This document shows, piece after piece, positions 58,101-64,000 of a stretch of 64,000 bases of DNA. The stretch is from Opitutia bacterium (lineage in GTDB: Bacteria > Verrucomicrobiota > Verrucomicrobiia > Opitutales > Opitutaceae): the NCBI GenBank assembly GCA_947478395.1, contig CANJVR010000008.1, positions 1 through 64,000 on the forward strand. Reading direction: 5' to 3'. Numbering within the stretch: position 1 is the first letter of the stretch; each line of letters opens with the position of its first letter. The notes under the pieces were generated by a model, which saw only the letters and a list, made by a program, of their open reading frames with translations, ran no database searches and was not told the origin of the DNA. Position numbers and translations under genes: made by a program.

Positions 58101-58312
58101 ACCGCACGGAGGCTCGTGAACTGGGTTAGATCGAGCTCGGCCTCGGGCTTGTCCTGACCGTGACATGAAAGGCAGTAGGTTTCCACGAACGGGTGCACCG
58201 TGGTTTTGAACGTGCGCTCAAGCGTGGCCTCGGCGGTCTCCGCAGAAATGGCCGGACGTACCAGCAGAGCAGAGGTCGGGAGAAGAATCGCGAAAAGGGC
58301 GCGGGATATCAT
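55127..58312 (-). CDS. DUF1592/DUF1588-type planctomycete cytochrome c domain protein
   Basis: Two CxxCH motifs (CLSCH, CASCH); RRLSNAEY, LASRLSYFLW and TSPVKRG. Confidence 0.9.
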   Translation of the reverse strand: MISRALFAILLPTSALLVRPAISAETAEATLERTFKTTVHPFVETYCLSCHGQDKPEAELDLTQFTSLRAVLRDFDHWNLILERVEAGEMPAEKAKKFPSDKQRQEVVTWIRELRKNEASKHAGDPGPVLARRLSNAEYDYTIRDLTGADLRPTKEFPVDPANQAGFDNTGESLAMSPALLKKYLGAAQKVAEHLVLKLDGIDFAPNPVLADTDRDLYFTQKIIDFYQRQPTDFADYFQAAWRFQNRTALNQPKATLTTIAAESKLAPQYLAMVWSFLAEAPEKVGPVAKLQAMWRALPAATSPSDPALRAGCEMMRNYVMKLRDQIIPDIANMRSPGIIDGSPVFVLWKNREMAANRRRYDPTALQVAGEPVVQPTATAGSAPTAGGSGPRRPVPVNPNAATSATYKMAASRTRVPEPELVIPADPAQRPAYEASFARFASVFPDTFYISERARVYANPEAEKILSGRLLSAGYHSMTGYFRDDGPLYDLILSDAGRRELDAMWQDFFYVAAIPQRTYTGQLWYEHTDSAFLNSEEFFAFRSEDKSVTEPAKVKQLGELYLAKAIRMKANEAVQAAIKDHFQRTAAEIQHFDAAHTAAEVSHLTAVQNFAARAYRRPLAPTEGERILAFYHEARAQGGLDHEEAMRDCIARVLMSPNFLYRIDLGVSANPPQVAATPAKKGWFASLFRSFGPLAPARPQLAETEPLSDYALASRLSYFLWSTMPDAELLTHAAAGDLHQPKVLAAQARRMLKDDRIRHLSVEFGGNWLDFRRFEESNTVDRERFPAFTNELREAMFEEPVRFTLDLVQSDKSVLNFIYGDYTFVNPGLAQHYGMPAVAGAPDHWVRVDHADKFDRGGLLPMAVFLTANSPGLRTSPVKRGNWVVRRILGERIPAPPPNVPALPPDESKMVGLSLRDALARHREDKSCASCHARFDSFGLVFEGFGPIGERREKDLGDRAVDTRAQFPGGSERSGVAGLRAFLHDSREADFVDNLSRKLTSYALGRTLLPSDDLLIAEMRSKLAANGHRFSTLVESIVTSPQFLTKRTPEIFATVTHYVRE

Positions 58313-58674
58313 CGGTGGGGCGGACGGGGTAGGATCGAGCGAGCCAGGAAAACGAAGGGGAGAGTCTGTGGCGAAAAGACGGCTGAAGTCCCGAAAAGAA
58401 TTGAGTCGCGCGGGTGAATTCTGGCGCCCGTCTCCGTTTTGGGAAATGCGGTCAGGCGCCGATCCAAATTACCGGGCAGCTCCAATTGGGAATGTCTTGG
58501 CGAGATGGACTAAGCGCGCTGGGCCGAACCAGCGGGATCCCTTTGTCGCGGGGCGGCGCGCCGTGACCATGACTCGAACATCCCCGTAAATGCGGCATCG
58601 CCGGGGACGGAAGGACGGTAAATGCTCGCCAGACCTTCACCGCCTCTCTCCCGATTCCTGCACCACCGCCGCCC

Positions 58675-59286
58675 ATGAAAATAAAATCCGCCGAATTCAA
58701 GATTAGCGCGCCCGAATTGCGCGACTGCCCCGATTGGCCCTTGCCGGAATTCGCGTTCATCGGTCGGTCCAACGTCGGCAAGTCATCGCTGATCAACCTG
58801 CTGACTGAGCGGCGCGATCTCGCCAAGGTCTCCGACGCGCCGGGCAAAACGAAGCTCATTAACTTTTTTATCGTGAATGGGGCGTGGGCACTCGTCGATC
58901 TGCCGGGCTACGGTTACGCGGAGGTGGGCAAGCAGCGGGGCCTTGAGTTCAATGAGGCCGTGGCGGGTTTCCTCGCGGGCCGGAGGAATCTGCGCTGCGT
59001 TTTCGTGCTGATCGATTCCCGACTTCCTCCTCAACCCATCGATCTCGAATTCCTGCGCTGGCTCGAGGGCTGCACGGTGCCGTATGCCCTCATTTTCACG
59101 AAGACCGACAAACAATCGGCGGGGAAAGGTCAGGCCAACATCGACGTTTTCATGAATGCCGTGGCCACGTGGCGGGCCGAGTTGCCGCCCGTGCTGGCGA
59201 GTTCGTCGAAAACCCGCATCGGGCGCTCCGACATTCTCGGTTATATCGCGAAGGTTCTGGCGGAGGCCAACCGGTCGAGTGGTTGA
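58675..59286 (+). CDS. engB: Ribosome biogenesis GTPase YihA/YsxC
   Basis: GRSNVGKSSLIN, PGKT, DLPGYG and TKTD. Confidence 0.95.
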   Translation: MKIKSAEFKISAPELRDCPDWPLPEFAFIGRSNVGKSSLINLLTERRDLAKVSDAPGKTKLINFFIVNGAWALVDLPGYGYAEVGKQRGLEFNEAVAGFLAGRRNLRCVFVLIDSRLPPQPIDLEFLRWLEGCTVPYALIFTKTDKQSAGKGQANIDVFMNAVATWRAELPPVLASSSKTRIGRSDILGYIAKVLAEANRSSG

Positions 59287-59397
59287 TGGGACGGAACGAT
59301 CGCGCCAAATTCCGCGGGTGAGATGCGATTCCGCGACCGGCAGGCCGCGGCGCGCAAAATCTCGACAGGACTCGGACGATACGCGGAGATCGCGGAC

Positions 59398-59724
59398 ATG
59401 GCCCTGCCCAACACACCAGTCGACCGCCTGCGATTCATCGCATTTTGGGAGGGAATTTCATTTTTACTCCTGCTCGTCGTCGCGATGCCGTTGAAATATT
59501 TTGCCGGCTGGCCCCTCGGCGTCCGCGTCGTGGGCATGGCGCATGGGATCTTGTTCGTTCTTTACGTCGGTGCGACGGTCATGGCGGCTCGCAGTGGCCG
59601 TTGGTCGTTGGGCCGCACGGCGCTGGTGCTCGTAGCGAGCGTACTGCCGGCCGGGCCCTTTATTGTAGACGCAAAAATTCTGAGTTCCGCCGGTAAAAGT
59701 CAGACGGGCTCAGAGCGCGGCTAA
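59398..59724 (+). CDS. DUF3817 family membrane protein
   Basis: EGISFLLLL.VAMPLKY...VGMAHG.LF..Y. Confidence 0.85.
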   Translation: MALPNTPVDRLRFIAFWEGISFLLLLVVAMPLKYFAGWPLGVRVVGMAHGILFVLYVGATVMAARSGRWSLGRTALVLVASVLPAGPFIVDAKILSSAGKSQTGSERG

Positions 59725-59899
59725 GAATCACGGCGCGCACGGGGCTCGTTTGCGATCGCGCTGAGCGGCGACGCCGGCGGCTTGCCCCACGTCGCGGGCT
59801 CGGGTCCATCCGACGTTGAACCGCTCGCTTGAAGCGCGAAATCGCGGACGGTGAAATTGTCGAGGGATGTGTCCCCGGCGACGTCACTAGGCCGTCGGC

Positions 59900-60583
59900 T
59901 CACCAGGAAAATTCGCTGGTTTCGTGCCGGTCTTTTTTCCGGATGGGTTTTTCCGGCGGTGGTTGATCGACGCGGACCATTTCGCCCGGATAGGGAACGC
60001 AGTGAGCTAGGACGCGATCGGCCACCATCGGCTCGGCGCCGATCCAAGTGTGCGGGCCTTCGGCGGAAAGGATCACTGGCATTCGGTCGTGCGGCAGGGC
60101 GGCGATCAGCGCGTTGGGCTTCGTGGTGACGATGGCAAAGCCCCGTCCTTTTTTGTCGGGGTCATCGGCCCACACGCCGGCAAAGTAGAAATTTTTCTCC
60201 CCGGGCAGGTGAAAGAGCACCTGCCATTTATGGCCCTTCGGTCCCGCCCACTCGAAGAAACCGTCGGCGGGGATGAGGCATCGGCCGTGATTCACGGACC
60301 ACCGCCAAATGTTTTTTGAGAAAAGGGCGTCGTCGCGGGCGTTGACGACTGGCCGGCTCGGTAGAGTTTTCTCGTGGTGCGGCCAGACGCCCCAGCGCAT
60401 GGAGGTTAACCGCCGCGCGCCGGCGTCCGCGTAGATCACGGGCATCCGGTGCTTGGAATAACCATACGTGTCGCCGGGAAAATCCGCGTCGAAATCACGG
60501 CGGTCCGATACCATCGAGCCCCACTCTTGGAGTAGGAGTTCGCGCCGCTCAGCGCTCTTGCTCGCTTGGTATCGATTACACAT
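59900..60583 (-). CDS. SOS response-associated peptidase (SRAP/YedK/HMCES family)
   Basis: N-terminal MCNRY (Cys2), RWG, NAR, RCLIPADGFFEW and HDRMPVIL. Confidence 0.92.
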   Translation of the reverse strand: MCNRYQASKSAERRELLLQEWGSMVSDRRDFDADFPGDTYGYSKHRMPVIYADAGARRLTSMRWGVWPHHEKTLPSRPVVNARDDALFSKNIWRWSVNHGRCLIPADGFFEWAGPKGHKWQVLFHLPGEKNFYFAGVWADDPDKKGRGFAIVTTKPNALIAALPHDRMPVILSAEGPHTWIGAEPMVADRVLAHCVPYPGEMVRVDQPPPEKPIRKKDRHETSEFSW

Positions 60584-60658
60584 GGCGCAAGCAGGGCGGC
60601 CGGACGCGGTGGGGGAAAATGTCGGCGCGGCTCGACCGCGTGCGATGCTGGCTTCGGC

Positions 60659-61183
60659 TTAGCTGGCCGGGACGAGCTTCACGCTTTCGAGGGCGACGCG
60701 CTCGATCGGGGTGCTCTTTTCGCCGCCGCCGCCGGACTTGGTAGGGACGTTGGCCAATTTTTCCAGCACGTCATCGCCCGCGACGATTTCACCGAAGGCG
60801 GTGTACTGGCGGTCGAGAAATTTCGCGTCGCCATGGACGAGGAAAAACTGGGAACCAGCCGAATCGGGATCTGAGGAGCGCGCCATCGAGATGACGCCGC
60901 GCACGTGCGACTTGGCATTGAACTCCGCCTTCACCTGCCAGCCGGGACCGCCCGTGCCGGGCATGCCTTTTTCGCCGGCCTTGGTGTTGGGGCAGCCGCC
61001 TTGGATCATGAATCCCTTGATGATGCGGTGAAACGCGGTGCCGTCATAAAAGCCCGAACGCGCGAGCTTCTTGAAATTCTCCACGGTCTTCGGCGCGACA
61101 TCGGACCAGAAGGCGATCGTGATGTCGCCGTACGACGTTTTGAGGACAGCATTTTCTTTAACCGAGGGCTTGGGAGTGCTCAT
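60659..61183 (-). CDS. Cyclophilin-type peptidyl-prolyl isomerase
   Basis: APKTVENF, FHRIIKGFMIQGG and SMAR...SAGSQFF; start trimmed to the ATG at 61183. Confidence 0.95.
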   Translation of the reverse strand: MSTPKPSVKENAVLKTSYGDITIAFWSDVAPKTVENFKKLARSGFYDGTAFHRIIKGFMIQGGCPNTKAGEKGMPGTGGPGWQVKAEFNAKSHVRGVISMARSSDPDSAGSQFFLVHGDAKFLDRQYTAFGEIVAGDDVLEKLANVPTKSGGGGEKSTPIERVALESVKLVPAS

Positions 61184-61437
61184 TAGAAGGGCCAGCGAAC
61201 CGGTCGCTTTTCCGCGCGGCAAGACCAATTTCGCTGACGGGATTTTGACCTCTGCTTCCCACCGAGAGCAGGCTGGCGCGGATGCGGCCTCGGGCTCGAT
61301 CGCCAGGGCTGCCACCGATTGCCGCCGCGGCGGTTTAACCATCGTGGTCACAGCCCTGGCGTCGCCGAGATGGGGGAGCCGCGCGTTGTCCGGCGAACTT
61401 ACTAGAGGGGTTTAGAAAAAGCCTCGCTGCGAGCGAC

Positions 61438-61507
61438 GTAGCAGCAGGCGTCCCTGCCTGCCGAAACGAGGACGCCGAACCCGGCAGGCAGGGACGCCTG
61501 CCGCTAC
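61438..61507. repeat. REP family A doublet (most intact copy)
   Basis: GTAGCAGCAGGCGTCCCTGCCTGCCG-AAACGAGGACGCCGAACC-CGGCAGGCAGGGACGCCTGCCGCTAC. Confidence 0.9.
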
Positions 61508-61527
61508 AAAAATCGGTCACGGAAAAG

Positions 61528-62343
61528 CTAAAGCGGAAATTCCGCGACGATGCGCCCCGGGTGAAACTCTCCACGGCGCGGAACGACGCGGCGGACAACG
61601 AGCCGGTCATCGCCGATGTCGACCGCCCAGGCGCCGAACGGGCGGCTGAAGGATCCGGTGTTGATCACCGTGACGCCGGACCGCGTGGTCCAGCAGCCGG
61701 GTTGGTGGAGATGACCGATCAGCGCGAATTTTGCGGCGGGACGGTGCACAGCGGTGATCGCGGCCGCGCGTTCCGGGGTCTCGCGCCACGCCTGCAGAAT
61801 GCTCAAGGCCCGCGAGGGCGGCCACATCGTATCGGCCGCCAGACGCAGCGCGTGTTTGAAGGGGTTGGGTTCCGCTTGATGGCGTTGCGGAATCGACGCG
61901 CACACGCGGCGAAAAAGTTGGAGACGCGGCTCGAGCTGCTGGCGTTCGGACTCTGGCATTTGGGCCAGCCCGGCCTGGATGCGGTCCGAGATCGTCGCGG
62001 CGTCCCGGCTCCACGGGACGATGTTTTCGAAAATGATATCGCCGTGCGTCACGAAGACCCGACCGGCCGCCAGATCGATTGCGTGATACGGGGAAATATC
62101 CGGATCATGATTGCCGGTGACAAACGTGACCGGGCCCGAGCTGCGGTTGAAAAACTCGGTGACGGCTGCCAGGTCGCGCGCGGTCGCCGCCGCGTGCGGG
62201 CCAATGCGGGTGTCGATCGTGTCGCCGTTGAGAATCACGCGGTCGACGTCAGCCAGCAAAGGCCGCAATTGCCCCAGCGAACGCACGGTGCTCATCCGGT
62301 CGCCGTAGTGAATGTCGGAGAAAATGCGGATGAGTGCGGCCAC
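61528..62343 (-). CDS. Calcineurin-like metallophosphoesterase
   Basis: SDIH, NGD, GNHD, THGD, GHLH and NTGS; start uncertain. Confidence 0.88.
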   Translation of the reverse strand: MAALIRIFSDIHYGDRMSTVRSLGQLRPLLADVDRVILNGDTIDTRIGPHAAATARDLAAVTEFFNRSSGPVTFVTGNHDPDISPYHAIDLAAGRVFVTHGDIIFENIVPWSRDAATISDRIQAGLAQMPESERQQLEPRLQLFRRVCASIPQRHQAEPNPFKHALRLAADTMWPPSRALSILQAWRETPERAAAITAVHRPAAKFALIGHLHQPGCWTTRSGVTVINTGSFSRPFGAWAVDIGDDRLVVRRVVPRRGEFHPGRIVAEFPL

Positions 62344-62565
62344 GGTAAAAGGGCAATAAAAACGCCGGGCCAAAGAGCGGCAACGCTTTTGGCGGACAAC
62401 AAAAAGGTCGCGGCGAAAACTGCGGCCGGAACGACCGACGCGTGCGCGGAAGAAGGCGGGGATAAATTTTCACGTGGGCCCAGAATTAAAAAATGGGACG
62501 GCGCAGACCATAATCCTTGGTTTCGGGTCTTGCCTGCGTGACGACGGCGGCGTGAATTTCGGCGC

Positions 62566-63066
62566 ATGGCTCTCTACGGTTCGCTTTCCACCCTGCGCGC
62601 TCAATTGACCCGGCCGGAACATTTCGCGGCGGCGTTTGCCTTCGTCGAGGAAGCCGGTCGTGCGGGCAGTGCGGCGCATCGGCAACTCTTTGGGCTCGCC
62701 GCGGGCCAGACCGAGCGCACCGAGCTGGCGGGCGGCGCGTTTGCCCTCTCGCAGGTTTATCTGACCAAGCCGCGCGCGGAGGGAAAGTGGGAGACGCACC
62801 GCGCCTACATCGATGTCCAGGCGGTATACGCTGGTGACGAGACCATGGAGATCGCCGATCGCGACCGGCTCGTGCTGGCCGAGGATCTCACGCCGGCGCG
62901 GGACGTGATTTTTTATCAGCCGTTTGAGCGGGGCAGCGTCCTGCGTTTTGGGCCGGGTTCGGTAGGCGTTTATTTTCCGCCGGACGCCCACATGGGCGGC
63001 CTCGCGATTGCCGCGCCGGTGCTGGTGCGCAAGGTGGTCGTCAAGGTGCCGGTACTTTCGGCGTGA
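62566..63066 (+). CDS. YhcH/YjgK/YiaL family protein
   Basis: ETHRAYIDVQ, FPPDAH and VRKVVVKV. Confidence 0.9.
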   Translation: MALYGSLSTLRAQLTRPEHFAAAFAFVEEAGRAGSAAHRQLFGLAAGQTERTELAGGAFALSQVYLTKPRAEGKWETHRAYIDVQAVYAGDETMEIADRDRLVLAEDLTPARDVIFYQPFERGSVLRFGPGSVGVYFPPDAHMGGLAIAAPVLVRKVVVKVPVLSA

Positions 63067-63959
63067 ATTACCGCCACCATTTTCACGCCGGCAACTTCGC
63101 CGATGTGATGAAGCACGCGCTTCTCGTGCAGCTCGCGCGTGCTCTGCAGAAAAAGGAAAAAGGTTTTCTTTACCTCGACACGCACGCCGGCCGCGGGGCC
63201 TACGATTTGGAGGCGGCCGCTACGGGCGATTCGCTGGCGCGAACGCCCGAATGGCCGGAGGGCATCGGCCGCTTGTGGTCGGCGGCGCGCGACGTGGAGA
63301 ACGCGGAAGCGACGGGAGAAAAATTTCCGGCGTCGCTGGCGGACTATGTGGCGCTCGTCCGGGAGTTTGACCGCCGGGAGGGCAACCGTGCGCTTTTACC
63401 CCGTTACTATCCCGGTTCGCCGAGTCTGATCGATTTGATCGCGCGGCCACAGGAGAGGTTGATGTTGTGCGAGCGCCAGCCGGCGGAGGCGGCGGCGCTG
63501 CAGGAAAATTTTCAGTTCAAGCTCGGCGTGCGCGTGCGGGCGGGCGATGGCTACGCCTCGTTGCGGGCCATGCTCCCGCCGCCGGAGAAACGGGCGCTGG
63601 TGCTGATTGATCCTCCGTTCGAGGCGCAAGACGAGTGGGCGCAGATCGTGGCGGCGTTGAAGGAAGGGCTCCGCCGTTTTCCGAGTGGGGTGTACGCGAT
63701 CTGGTACCCGCTGACCGAGCGGGCGAAGGTGGATTTTTTCTTCGCGGAACTGCAGGCGCTCGATTTGCCGCCCACGCTCGCGGTGGAATTGGTGGTGAAT
63801 CCCGCGGCGTTAAAGATGAAAGGCTGTGGCTTGGTGATCGTGAATCCGCCGTGGCAGTTTGCCGGTGAGGCGGAGACGACAGTGAAATTTCTGGCCCGTG
63901 TGCTCGCGCAGGGCGCCGGTGCGCGGGGCGATGCGATCTGGCTCGTGTCCGAGAAGTGA
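63063..63959 (+). CDS. rlmJ: 23S rRNA (adenine2030-N6)-methyltransferase
   Basis: MNYRHHFHAGNFADVMKH, DTHAG, YPGSP, LIDPPFE and WYP. Confidence 0.95.
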   Translation: MNYRHHFHAGNFADVMKHALLVQLARALQKKEKGFLYLDTHAGRGAYDLEAAATGDSLARTPEWPEGIGRLWSAARDVENAEATGEKFPASLADYVALVREFDRREGNRALLPRYYPGSPSLIDLIARPQERLMLCERQPAEAAALQENFQFKLGVRVRAGDGYASLRAMLPPPEKRALVLIDPPFEAQDEWAQIVAALKEGLRRFPSGVYAIWYPLTERAKVDFFFAELQALDLPPTLAVELVVNPAALKMKGCGLVIVNPPWQFAGEAETTVKFLARVLAQGAGARGDAIWLVSEK

Positions 63960-64000
63960 GGCGGAGCGGGACGGAGTTGAGCGGAATCAGGGTTTTGGCC

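Noticed and set aside
8606..61507. Repeats considered as a CRISPR array
   Set aside because: Dispersed inverted doublets, no regular repeat-spacer array and no cas genes

Overview
GC-rich bacterial chromosomal window. Gene content (DUF1592/DUF1552 pair, tandem RNase HIII/HII) suggests a PVC-superphylum organism, probably Opitutaceae (inference). It opens with the left end of an IS3-family element and a GH106-like glycosidase, followed by a long metal-homeostasis region (about 3.4-32.4 kb). That region holds modAB with a short ModE and a clear ModE box, two COG0523 metallochaperones, a WD40 protein, DegP with a two-component system, an NRAMP-like transporter, CusBA, a divergent cnrYXH-like anti-sigma/sensor/ECF triad with a Cys-rich sensor, and a TonB receptor preceded by a CxxC/Pro-rich DUF2946-like ORF. 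Housekeeping genes follow (pyk, dnaE, rpsU, mutY, rnhC, rnhB, dcp, engB, rlmJ). Main observations: (1) a PTPS-II / FolE2 / sepiapterin-reductase-like cluster that looks like a complete tetrahydrobiopterin pathway; (2) degenerate 7-bp tandem repeats inserted in frame in unrelated proteins, including three sites in DnaE, giving near-identical NPKPETQN peptides; (3) a putative copper import/export island with two regulatory layers and back-to-back candidate ECF promoters; (4) several families of intergenic palindromic repeats. No rRNA, tRNA or CRISPR array was seen. All calls come from reading motifs; no searches were run.
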